DNA from: the human T2T-CHM13v2.0 reference genome, Homo sapiens | Assembly (NCBI RefSeq): GCF_009914755.1 | Contig: NC_060938.1 | Length of the DNA stretch: 64,000 bases | Strand: one strand, 5' to 3' | The notes under the pieces: model-generated | Databases searched by the model: none | The model's input: the letters and a program-made list of their open reading frames with translations, nothing else | What the model was told of the DNA's origin: nothing | Program-made: the position numbers and the translations under genes | In this document: piece after piece, positions 38,339-50,829 of the stretch | Position numbering within the stretch: the first letter of the stretch is position 1 | Layout of the letters: each line of letters starts with the position of its first letter

Positions 38339-39664
38339 GTAAGGAAACATTTTTAAAACCATGTTTCATTTTGTTCCTATGTTAAAAGAAATGATTATAC
38401 CAAGAGAAAACAGGGTATCTTCCCTTAATATTGTGATAAATAACTCTCTGTAGGTCAAAGGAAACCCCTGTGTAGATACAACTCTTTAGTTTGGTGAGAT
38501 CTTGGCCATATTTTAGACAATGTAAAGGGGACGTTTTTATTTCTAAAGCCAGGATACCTAATAAATTTTCATTGTTTAAAGTCTTGTCTCTGCAGTAACA
38601 TGAGAGTACTAAAAGGTAATGTGATTTTGTGAGCATACTCTTAAATTTTGAAGATAAACTTTTGTTTTTTACAATCCTATTGATAATAGATAGGGATGAA
38701 AAGTAGCACACTGCTGTTTTCTCTTTTTCCCCGTCCAGGGAACATAAGCTATTATCCAAGTTGTTTTTTGAAATGTTATGATTTCAAAAAAAAAAAAAAA
38801 AAGTGAGAAATGTTCAAAGTTAAGCTGTCAGTGATCTTGTAAGTTACTACATGTTATATTTAGTTTTCACAATCTAAGATGAAACCAATTTACTAGTGTT
38901 TCTAGCATAATTGGAAAGAAATACAATGGCAGGAATGGAAGAAGAGCCCTCAGTCAGGTGGTTTAGCCAGGCCCATCAGGCTTGCCTGTCATTTGGGTTC
39001 CCCCTTAACCTTTGACATGAGTATCATCACATAGTTTATACACATGGTACCTGTTTCACTATGTGGATGATTGATAAAATAGCACCACATATCCTAGAGC
39101 AGTAGCCTATGTGTGGATAAGAAAATCTCACCTTCTCTTCTGGAAGATGTGAGGTAAAACATTACTTCCCTTGGATGGACTGAATAAGACATACTCTTGG
39201 ATCTAATTTTGACTTTACTATGTATGAACAATTCCATTGAACTTTCAAAGTTAGGAAAAAACAAATATATAATCAATATGACAGCAATAATTGACCTGTA
39301 TGCTGTTAATCTCAGTCCCAAGTGAGAAGACAGTTCACAAGCCAGAATCGCTGTCACTTTGTGGCATGGGCCTGTGAGCACAGGAATATGCCCTGCAGTC
39401 CATGGTAGCCCATCTTATGCACACCAAGATAAGTTGAGAAGCTCTGGATAAACAAGATTATGGTTTTGAGTTTAAAACATGGGATTTAAGATACATCTCT
39501 ATTGTTATTTTATTTCTTTTTCTCTTTGTCCTATAGTGCCTGGATATTTGATGGCCTGATTTTCAGTGGGTCACCTGCTATGTAAAGAGCAGGGAAGACT
39601 ATTAGTTAGGAGACATGCAGACACCACTTTGGTGATGTCTCCCTAAGGCATATAAAACCAAATG

Positions 39665-40680
39665 CCTGGTTGGAGAGAGGTATGCCATTCTAACACTGAT
39701 CAAAAGCAAACTGGCATAGGTATTTCAGACAGAGCAGACTTCAGAAAAAGGAAAATTATCAGGAATAAAGAGGGGACAACAATAAAGGGGTCAGTTTTCC
39801 AAGAAGACTTAACATTTTTATTTGTTTTGTTTTATTTAAAGACCAGTGTAGTAGTACATAACAATTTTTAACATGTATGTATGTACCTAGCAACAGGAAT
39901 CAAAATACATGGGACAAACTGATAGAATCACAAGGAAAAATGAACAAATCCACTTCTATAGTTGGAGACTTCAATATCTCAGTAATTGATAGATCCAGCA
40001 GGCAGGGAATCAGTAGGGATATAGGTGATCTAAACAGCATTATCACAACTAGGTGAAATTGACGTTTATAGAATACTTCATCCAACAACAGCAGTTTTCA
40101 CATTCTTCTCGGGCTCACAGGGGACATTTACCAACATAGACCACATTCTGGGCCATAAAACATACCTTACCAAATTTAAAAGAAGAGAAACCATAAACGG
40201 TATCTTCTTAGACCACAATGGAATTAAACTAGAAATCAATTACTGTAAGATAGCTGGAAAATCCCCAAATATTGGAAGGTTAAATGTCACATTCTAAGTA
40301 ACACATGGGTCAAAGAAGAAGACTCAAGAGAACATAAAAAATATTTAGAGTCAAGTGAAAATGAAAATATAACTTATAAAAATATGTGTGATCCAGCAAA
40401 AGCAGTGCTCAGATGGGAATGTATATATCATTAAATGCATACAGTAGGAAAGTAGAAAGATCTAAAACCAAGATTCGAAATTTCCACCTTAGGAAACTAG
40501 AGAAGGAAGATAAATTTAAGCCTCAAGCGAGCATAAGAAAAGAAATAATACAATTAGAACAGAAATCAGTGAAGTTGAAAATAGGAAAACAACAGAGAAA
40601 ATCCATGAAATCAAATGCTGATTCTTTGAAAGGATTAATTGATAAGCCTTTACCAAGCTAACCAGGAAAAAACCAAATAC
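39665..40680 (+). mobile_element. Old L1 ORF2 endonuclease-region fragment (frameshifted)
   Basis: atagttggagacttcaat (VGDFN), atagaccacattctgggcc (IDHILG), gaccacaatggaattaaactagaaatcaa (DHNGIKLEIN). Confidence 0.88.
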
Positions 40681-41029
40681 CTCAAAAAATAAAGTATTTC
40701 TGTGTGAAGGATGGTTTTGAGATCCCCTCATATAAAAAGACCAGTTCTCTGGGCACTTTCAATTTGGTTCTCCTGAGAATTGAATCTGATGAAAGCTAGA
40801 TTTGTTTTAAGGTATGATGCTATTTACTGACATGTCACCTCTCTTTATGTAGTTAATCCTAAAACCTTCCACATGTCTTGAAAGATCTTAAGATGATATA
40901 CATTTTTATACTGCTTCATTGCATGTGTTTATCCTTTGATGACAAGCTCAACTATCTGCAGTATATCACTTATCTAGATGAGAATGAAAAAAATGTTATT
41001 CCGAAAGTTCTAAATATTTCAACAGTTGA

Positions 41030-41500
41030 TTAAGCCATTCAGCAAACATTTATTGAATGCCTCCTCTGTTCAAGGCATCATGCAAGGAATTCTGAGGGCA
41101 TTACAAGGCTGGGTGGAAGGTTTGAAATGAAGGGGCAGGCTAAGGGTTGTGGGAGATCAGAGGAGGGCAGGTGGTTTCAGTCTAGAAGTGGGGATGGGGT
41201 AGAGTATTTTCATGGAAGAGACATTTTCTGAGTTACATCTTGTCCTAAACTTAAGATTTGGTTAGTTGATAGGCAAAAAGGATATCCCAGGGAGAGAACA
41301 GGGCATCGATAGTTTGTTGGAAGGGTCCAGGAAGAGCAACCCATGTAGTTTTTACTGGAACAAGTAGATCCCATAGAAGAAAGGTGACAGGTAGCTTGGA
41401 GCAGCCTCTGGAGGGCCTGGAACCTGGGTGGGAAATTTGAACTTTGTTGATCGGCAGTGAATTACCATGGAATGTTTTCGATTATGGGGGCAGGACTAGA
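41030..41500 (-). mobile_element. L2 3' remnant
   Basis: cattcagcaaacatttattgaatgcc marks an L2 3' end. Confidence 0.65.
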
Positions 41501-41775
41501 GTGTTAGAAGAGTCCTCTGGTGGTGGGTGCAGGATGGAATAAAGTCAGGAAGGAAGAAATAGGCCCAGGACTTGATAAGGGATAGTTTGAGCCTGAGCAA
41601 AGGTCTGTGTTAGGATGGTGGCGAAGGCAATAGGAAGGATGGGCGCACCAGCTGCTGTCAAGGGGGCCAGACGAGTCCAGTCTTGTTGGCACGGTGCAGC
41701 CCTGGTTGACTCTGCTGTAACTGGCTGGACTGTGAGCTTCTGATAAATGTATAATTGCTGGATTTAATTTCCTAG

Positions 41776-41864
41776 TGTGCACCTGTGTCGTCCATAAACG
41801 CTGCCATCATCTAATTGTTACAGCCTGTACTTGCCAAAACAATATTAACAAAGTGGATTCAAAG
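41776..41864 (+). CDS. PRKCH: PKC-eta coding exon (exon 5, 89 nt): end of C1A and inter-C1 linker
   Basis: atttcctag| (V)CTCVVHKRCHHLIVTACTCQNNINKVDSK |gtaaga. Phase 1 to 0. Confidence 0.97.
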
Positions 41865-42465
41865 GTAAGAGGATAGCAGTTTGCTGATTAAATGTGCGTG
41901 TGTATTGTGTATGCTGTGTACCGCCGTCTCTCTCCCTCCCTCCCTCCTTTCCTCCCCCTCTTTTCCTTCTCCCCGTCCCCAAACCTCTGCTTTCCTCCCC
42001 CTGCCACCTCCCTTCCACATTCTTTGAAGCCAAGGGTTGTATTAGAATAGAAATGTCTCTCTCCCTTTTTTTAAATTATGGCATTTATATTTCTGTATTT
42101 ATGTGGCATCATCCCTCCTTTGTGAGGACCCCATTAGTGGTTGGCTGGGTATAAGCTATATGGATTGGTTCTACTTATTTGGAGAGACTTTTGGCAGAGT
42201 GAAAGGAGCCCTGAACTTGGCATCTGACAGCCTGGATTTGAATGCTGAATCCAGCCTCTGTTAGCCATCTTCTCTATGAGCTGCGGCAAGGCCTACAATC
42301 TCTCTTTTCCTCAGTCTTAAAACAGGATCAATGTTTCCCTCACACAGTTTTTGTAAGTTAAACAACATAGAATTGATGTGATACATATGTTAATAACTGT
42401 AAATTATGTTTCCTAAGTAAAAAGATTGCTGGCTTTCTCCAGCCTCTTAAGAAATTTCAGGGAAG

Positions 42466-42468
<3 letters not shown>

Positions 42469-42518
<50 letters not shown>

Positions 42519-42520
42519 TG
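42469..42520. repeat. (TC)16(TG)10 microsatellite
   Basis: Read directly. Confidence 0.95.
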
Positions 42521-43439
42521 TATGTGTATAAGCTTCAACATCATTCTTGCCACTCATATTGCATTCATCTGCAATAGGCATACATTTTAAATTCTAGAGG
42601 TAAAAGCAGATGGAGTGTTGCTGACATTTAGCAGTAGATTTGCAGAGGCATTGGAAGAATGACTCTGGAACACAATGGTTCTTTATAGTACACATATAGG
42701 ATTGCTAAAGAGTATACCTAGAGGTATAAACCACAGCTTTTCCAAGAAAGAGGCCATAAAAGTTTCAAGAGGAGTAATGATTGCCCTACTCCTTGTCATG
42801 TATGGATCTGTTGTTATAGCATCAAATTGTGGTATGGACTGCAGAGTACATGCCTAGTGGAATTATTTGCTGGAAACTGAGATTTAACTCAGATTGTCAG
42901 ATTGCAAATGCCAGGCAAAGAAAGGCTGGAAGAGCTGAATAAGTAGTTACTTTAATGTCACTTTGGAATAAATTCCTTCTGTGGTTCCATGGCCTCTGAG
43001 TCTCTTCTTTTTATTTTTCTTCCCGTGACACAATGTCTGGAAGAACTTACAGTGATAGCAAGTATATATAGTGTATAAAAGACCCATTTAATCCTGAAGT
43101 TAAAAGGTTCTGGGAAATAGATGGGGGTGTTAGGGGATTGGCAAGGAGAGAAATATGGCCTGAATATGAAAGATGAAGTGAAAATCTTAATTTTTATTTC
43201 TCAAAATGGCAAATGATCTAATGTGTTTCCCACATTTCTGTCTTGTCCTGTTCATTAGAAAATGTGTTTAGTCTGGTTCGTAAGACCTGAGTAATTAATC
43301 AGGGCTGAGTACAGTAAAATAATATACCTAGCTCAGGTGTCATAGTGACACTTTGCATTTGATGGGCTCCTATTACAGTTTTTACAAAGGACATTGGTAT
43401 GACATTTTAGCTCTTGTCCCTTTATTTCCTTTTTTACAG

Positions 43440-43569
43440 ATTGCAGAACAGAGGTTCGGGATCAACATCCCACACAAGTTCAGCATCCACAACTACAAAG
43501 TGCCAACATTCTGCGATCACTGTGGCTCACTGCTCTGGGGAATAATGCGACAAGGACTTCAGTGTAAAA
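43440..43569 (+). CDS. PRKCH: PKC-eta coding exon (exon 6, 130 nt): N-half of C1B
   Basis: tttcctttttacag| [43 protein letters not shown](I) |gtgaga; inside ORF 43353..43685. Phase 0 to 1. Confidence 0.98.
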
Positions 43570-45480
43570 GTGAGATGCTGAGGTGCTGGGTACCCACCTC
43601 TTCATGGGAACACTATGCCCTAAGCTTTCAGAATTCTGTGGACTCAGAATCTGTCCTAGAACTGATGGTTTTAGATATGTTGTAAATCAACATCTTAGTC
43701 ATTTTAAACTTACATGTTTCTTGTCAGGCATGTAAAGAGAACTTCATCTGATGCCAACATTTTCTAATCATAGGACATTAAGTCAAATGGTATATTCAGT
43801 GATCTAGCTCGCTAGCTGACAAATACAGCCTAGACACTGTATTTTAATAGGTGTTTGGAAGAGAAAAAGATGGGATCTTAGTCAGAAATGGAAGATGGTT
43901 GAGTCAGGTGAGACACTAAAAAGAAAAAAATAAATAAAAATTTCAAAGAAATGGAAGTTAGGAGGAGGTGAGGAGGTGAGATGGCCAAATGAGAAGGTTG
44001 GATTAAGAGTAAGAAATGGCAGAATAGATCTGATGATCTCACCAGAAATCAGCAGGAATGGAGTTGTCACAGCATAAAAAGAGCTGCCCTGGGTCTTGTG
44101 AAAGAGATTGGAGACAGGGGTAGAATGAAGGAAGATAAAGCCTTGATTGTAAGCTTGCATCTCACCAGCTGTGCCCAGTGGAGTGAGAGTTTGGAGCTTT
44201 GGCCCTAGCAAAGGCTCTGAGTGGGTGAGAGCTGATCCCTGTCCTGTTAGGAGTTAGGGAGCTGTTGGCCTTGTGCCATCTTGTATGGAAATGTAATGAT
44301 CTGACTGCCGTGGGGTGCACCTGAAGCCTTTCTTATCAGACACACCCCAAGTCGCCAGTTGAGGAGAACAATGGTGAGGTAGAATTGGCATGAGTATAGC
44401 CAGACAACTTCCATTGACTGCTTGGACTTACAGAGCCTGCTTCTGTCAACAAAAAGGGGCCAGTCACTTGTCTTTAAGAAGGGCACATTCTTCTATCTCT
44501 GTAGAACACTAATAATTTTTTTCTCATAAAACCAAAACAGTAGCCAGCTCATGGATAACTTGTAGGGCGTTGGTCCAGGTGCAGCTTGATCTTAGCGTGA
44601 CGGTCTCACCTGGGTATGGGTTCCCAGTGGGAAATCCCTTTCTGCCTTGCATTGTTGCTGATGCGCAGAGCCATGCATGGGGCTCATCTGCATTGTCCTC
44701 TTCCCTAGTGGCCTGAGGGTAGCACACCTGCAGCAATCCGGCTCTTGTGATTTTTGCCTTTATGGTCACTTGGTGGTTTTGAAAGGCTTCTGTAGGCTCG
44801 TGTGTCTTACACCTGTCTTCCTGAGAGGGGTGGGTTTCCCATGAAGCTTAAGTCTCAGGGCTCCTCTCTCTCAAGGGCACCTTCCAAAGCCCTCTACTTG
44901 ATTTGGTGTTCTTTTTCTTAAAGAAGGCCTCCTAAATTATGTAAATTCAGGCCCCACAAAACCTGGATCTGTGTGTGCTTCCAAGATGGACTGACTCCAT
45001 AAAACAGGAATGTGTTGCTTGTCGCTTCAGTTTCACCTCCCATCAGCAGGGCCCATGTCAAAAAACTGTCTCAGAATTTATTCCAGCTGATAACGCCTCA
45101 GATCCTTCATTGTCCCCAGGCAGCTTCCGGTGCCTCAGGAGCTTAGCTTTCTTTGCTCGCCTCTTCAACTGCCATTTGTACTCTGACCTTCAGAAAGTTT
45201 TAAAAGTTGCCTTTCCCCACTATGAAGCAGTTAGAACCACAGGCTGCAAATGCTGAGAACCACAGGCTCACAGGATGCCCATCTCTGTGCTGTGAGGCCT
45301 GCCCAACCACAACAATACTCAGAAAGAAAGCTGCAGATAGAGGTTTTTCTTGTAGAAACACCATTTCCATCCTGTTTGAACAGTGATCTACATGTGGCAT
45401 TTAAACTGCTACCTTTTATTTCACTGTTGAGAGACAGAAAAAAATACAGTTGACATGATTCTTTGTTATTTAATTGCCTG

Positions 45481-45606
45481 TGAATTGCCGCTACGATAAA
45501 GGTTTTAATCTTAGATCATACTAAGGCAGCAATGCCTGTTACATGTGATTTAGATGAATGGGTTTCATCAAATCATGGTGGAAAAAATGTATTTGAAATA
45601 TATTAT
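45481..45606. repeat. Dispersed direct repeat, copy 1 (~126 nt)
   Basis: Aligns to 47954-48084 with 7 substitutions and 2 indels. Confidence 0.93.
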
Positions 45607-45823
45607 TCTTTAGTATGCTTGCCTTTCTGCTTCTGCAGAAAACAGAAATAGATAAAATGTCAGGAACTATTACTAGTGTGAGCTTAATTTTATGAGAAAA
45701 TGATACTGTTCAGCCGGTATAATTCCTCTGTTATAATCTTTTAGGCTATTAAAGTTCTCTGTTGCAGCACATGTTGAATTGGTTCCTTTCTGAACATGGA
45801 TTCTGTTTTCCTTTTCCCTCTAG

Positions 45824-45951
45824 TATGTAAAATGAATGTGCATATTCGATGTCAAGCGAACGTGGCCCCTAACTGTGGGGTAAATGCGGTGGAACTTGCC
45901 AAGACCCTGGCAGGGATGGGTCTCCAACCCGGAAATATTTCTCCAACCTCG
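45824..45951 (+). CDS. PRKCH: PKC-eta coding exon (exon 7, 128 nt): end of C1B and hinge
   Basis: cttttccctctag| (I)[42 protein letters not shown] |gtgaga. Phase 1 to 0. Confidence 0.98.
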
Positions 45952-46076
45952 GTGAGACTTTGCTTTTTTTCCATGTCTCGTAATTTAGAAGTTGCTCAGA
46001 TGTGATGAGCCCAAATGAGAGCATGTGGCCTCATCAAAGTTCCTAATCTTAGCAAATACAATAAACAGACTTATTG

Positions 46077-46253
46077 CCTTTCTTTCTTTCTTTCTCTTTC
46101 TTTCTTTCTTTTTTCTTTTCTTTCTTTCTCTTTCTTTCTTTCTTCCTTTCTTTCTTTCTCTCTTTCTCCCTTTTTTTTCTCTCTCTCTCCTCTCCTTTCC
46201 TCTCCTTTCCTTTTTCCTTCCTTCCTCCCTTCCCCTTCCCCTTCCCCTTCCCT
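46077..46253. repeat. 177-nt pure pyrimidine tract, (TTTC)n to (CCCTT)n
   Basis: No purine between 46077 and 46253; adjoins an Alu tail. Confidence 0.93.
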
Positions 46254-46261
46254 GTCTTCAT

Positions 46262-46557
46262 TCCTTTTTGAGATGGGGTCTTCCTCTGTCACCCAGGCTG
46301 GAGTGCAGTGGCACAATTATGGTTCTCTGCAGACTCGACTGCCTAGGCTCAAGTGATCCTCCTACCTCAGTCTCCCAAGTAGGTGGGACTGCAGGTGTGC
46401 ACCACTATGTCAGGGTAATTTTTTATTTTTTTTTTTGTAGAGATGGAGTCTCACTTTGTTGCGCAGGCTGGTCTCAAACTCCTGGGCTCAAGCGATCCTC
46501 TCGCTTTGGCCTCCCAAAGTGTTGGGATTGCACAGGTGTGAGCCACTGTGTCTGGCT
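46262..46557 (-). mobile_element. AluJ
   Basis: Full dimer. Confidence 0.92.
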
Positions 46558-46669
46558 GAAATAGCATTTTTAATAGCAATTTGTTTCACGGATAAGATTG
46601 TATATACAGTTATATGACAAGAAATAATGAGCATGAGCAACAAGTAATAAACAGAAAGCAAAAGAAGGA

Positions 46670-47000
<331 letters not shown>

Positions 47001-47553
47001 TTTCTTTTCTGTTTTAAAATCAGCTTCCTGTCACTGTGGTCTGGTGAAAGCCTAAAACCCAGGATCCTGGGTTATGCTTTTGTCTGGGGACCAGGCAGGA
47101 CAGGTGACCAGTAACTATGGGCGTCAGCGTCCTCACCTCTAAAGCGGTTCAACTTGAAGATCTCAGAGGCTCTGCACAGCCCTGGAGTCCAGCAGTTCTG
47201 AAGTTTTGGTTTATGGATTGTGAATTTATCATTCACATTCAGCAGGAGACAGGAGTCTCTCCCTCTGGACTCTCAGGAGTGAGTGGAGTTGTGTCAGTTG
47301 CAGTGCACATGTTTTTGTCAGCACTCTCCCTGAATGACCTCCACCTGCTGTCATCCAGTTGAGCCTTGGCTGCTTCCCAAGCCCATGTCTTACTGTTGCC
47401 TTCCTGGTCAGCGTCTAGAGATGGGAAATAGCCATGTAAGATCTGAACGGTGTAGCTTGGTGTCCAGTTCAGGAAAATTATCGACTCAACTAATTAATCT
47501 CTGGGTGCTGAGGAAGGGAAGTGCAATTACTGTGAGATTCTTGATAATCCTGA

Positions 47554-47942
<389 letters not shown>

Positions 47943-47953
47943 TGACAATTTAT

Positions 47954-48084
47954 TGAATTGCCACTACGATAAATGTTTTAATCCTTATATTAGATCATAC
48001 TAAATCAGCAATGACTGTTACATGTGATTTAGATGAATGGGTTTCATCAAATCATGGTGAAAAAATGTATTTGAAACCTATTAT
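47954..48084. repeat. Dispersed direct repeat, copy 2
   Basis: Aligns to 45481-45606; followed by a re-duplicated aaaaaatgtatttgaaa. Confidence 0.93.
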
Positions 48085-48679
48085 GTAAAAAAATGTATTT
48101 GAAATCCGGTCTGTCTGTCTTGTGGGTAGGCGGGCAGGATGCCAATATTGTGCGGGGATTGCTAATGCATGGGACAGTTATCCCTGAAGAGCAGAGATTA
48201 AAGATATCAGCCTGAACTAGGGCTTCTGAGATACAATGGGAATAAGATAAGAATAGGAATAAAGATCATGCAGCACGATCTTTAGGAATGGACAGTGCAC
48301 TTGTCATTTGAATCAAGTATCCTTAATCCATGACATCCGGTGTCTGGCTGGATGTTAGACTTTTGATCTGTTGTCTAGTGGTAGCTTATCTTATAAATGT
48401 CTCAAGGTGGGCCAGCTGCAAAAGTCACCTTGCCTTTAGGTAGCAACATCCTCAGGTACTCAGTAGGATGGAACTGGAAAGCCAACTGAGGCAGGCACAC
48501 TTACCTTCCATTCATTGTGTTGAAACTAGAACTCTCATCATGCTGGTGAGAGTGTAGATTGGTCAGTCTTATTGTAGACGGTAAGTTGGCTGTGTATCAG
48601 AAGTCTTCAAAATTAGCACTTTGGCCCAAGGAATTCCATTTGCAGGAAGTTATCTTAAGAAACTGAATAATGATAATGA

Positions 48680-48920
48680 CAATACAGCTTAAGTTTATTG
48701 AATGTGCCAGGCACCAATCTAAGTGCTTTACATGCATTTGTTCATTTAGGCCTCCTAATGACTCATGTGGCAGATGCTTTAACCTTCTCTTTGTCAGAAG
48801 AGGAAACTGAGGTAGGGAGAGGCTGGGTAGGTAACTTGCTCAGGGTCTTAGGTTAGCTTGCAGAGCTGTTATTGAATCCAGGCAGCTTGCTTGAGAGCTA
48901 GACCCTTAATTACTCTGTTT
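48680..48920 (-). mobile_element. MIR, between old L1 fragments (~48500-49330)
   Basis: tgtgccaggcac...aagtgctttacatgcat...gaggaaactgagg. Confidence 0.75.
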
Positions 48921-49417
48921 TGAAGATTTGCATGAAGTGTATTCACTCCAGTGTTATTCACTGTGGTGAAAAAGGGGAGATGCCTCATCCTTCTAATGGC
49001 AGGGGAATTAATACCTTGTGAGATATCCATGAAATGGATATTGAATAGCCGTTAGAACTCATATTCTTGAAAGAAATTTAAAGGCATGAAAAATACCCAG
49101 GACAAATTTTTGAATACAAATGTATGTTATGAAACCATAATTTGATTATGTTTTTAAAAATTAACCAAGTATAAAAACGTGTGCGTGTGTGTTATTTATA
49201 CATGGATATAGATATCTTTGGCAGAGGGCTGGTGAGATTTTAGGTATTTAGATTTTTATTCTTCATGCTTTTGATCATTGTTCTAATATTCACATTGGAC
49301 TTTTATTTCTCCTATATAATTTAAAATATTGATTAAAAAACGTTGCTTCATTCGTGTCCTGGTGCTGAATGATGCTTGAATCTCTGAGTAGACATGAGAA
49401 CTGCTCTCTGTAAAAAG

Positions 49418-49436
49418 TGGACACTAGGTGGCGCTC
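49418..49436 (+). promoter_or_regulatory. Candidate CTCF core motif
   Basis: TGGACACTAGGTGGCGCTC versus consensus TGGCCACYAGGKGGCGCTA; one mismatch at a conserved position. Confidence 0.6.
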
Positions 49437-49775
49437 GTGGAATGGGACCTTCCCGTGGAAAGCCACCGCAGAAGGCACCCAAGGGACCACACAAGGCATT
49501 GGTGTTTCCATGCACTTCCACTTGAGCGCTAACTGTAACTCCATGGCTTAGACGTATTTTTAATTGACCTTTTACACAAAGCAGTAAGCACAGATTCAGA
49601 AGCTGATACTGAGGGAGTTTCGAGTGGCAGAACCGATCATCTGTCAAACTGAGTTGATCTTTCCCCCACGTTATACTGGGGGTGAGACTGCTCCCAGCCA
49701 ATAAGGTCTTCTTCGTGCATGGGTGCTCCATGCTTCTGCTGCAATTTCTGACTTAATGTGTTCTTACTCTTTCAG

Positions 49776-49919
49776 AAACTCGTTTCCAGATCGACCCTAA
49801 GACGACAGGGAAAGGAGAGCAGCAAAGAAGGAAATGGGATTGGGGTTAATTCTTCCAACCGACTTGGTATCGACAACTTTGAGTTCATCCGAGTGTTGGG
49901 GAAGGGGAGTTTTGGGAAG
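49776..49919 (+). CDS. PRKCH: PKC-eta coding exon (exon 8, 144 nt): hinge and kinase Gly-rich loop
   Basis: ttactctttcag| KLVSRSTLRRQGKESSKEGNGIGVNSSNRLGIDNFEFIRVLGKGSFGK |gtgagt; contains the GxGxxG motif. Confidence 0.98.
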
Positions 49920-50105
49920 GTGAGTCTTGGCTTTAACTGTTTGGGTTGAAGTAAGTGTGCTCTGTGTATGGGGGGTGTGTGTGTGTGTGCACGCATGCGC
50001 ACATACTCACATTTCTCATGTGCCATTCTTTCTTCCTGTTGTGTGCACACACCCTAAGACCCCCAAGAGGACTCCCTCATGCTCCCTCCTTTTGCTTTGC
50101 CATAG

Positions 50106-50420
<315 letters not shown>

Positions 50421-50829
50421 TGACTTCTGCCAACCTCTGGAGGAAAAATGGAAGCTTATGAATTCACCCCTTCCCCTTGTGCTGTCCTGGGGAAGGAGCA
50501 CCGTGAGGGTTGTGTGTCCCAGGATTGAAAAGGTCATCATACATAAATCTTCTGTAGGTGAAGTGAAGGTGAATGAAAGTTACAGCAGTCTAAGAACAGA
50601 GAAAATGCCATGGGCTCATTGTCTTGATGAATTTGGCTGTGACTCTGCTCCTAAATGCTGGGCTGGTTCTGACCTGGGCACAGGAGTTTAGAAGAGGGGT
50701 CTGAGAGGACCCAGAGAGGTACCTTGATTTGGAACATCCCAGGGCATTGCTTCTGGCCTTAGCAACGACCCTTTGCCTGAAACCATGGACTGGTCTTAAG
50801 AATTGAATCTGTCTGCCCTGTAATGGCGT

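Noticed and set aside
45481-45606. Intronic snoRNA reading of the duplicated element
   Set aside because: No terminal C box (RTGATGA) plus D box (CTGA), and no convincing hairpin-H-hairpin-ACA layout; kept only as an unexplained duplication.
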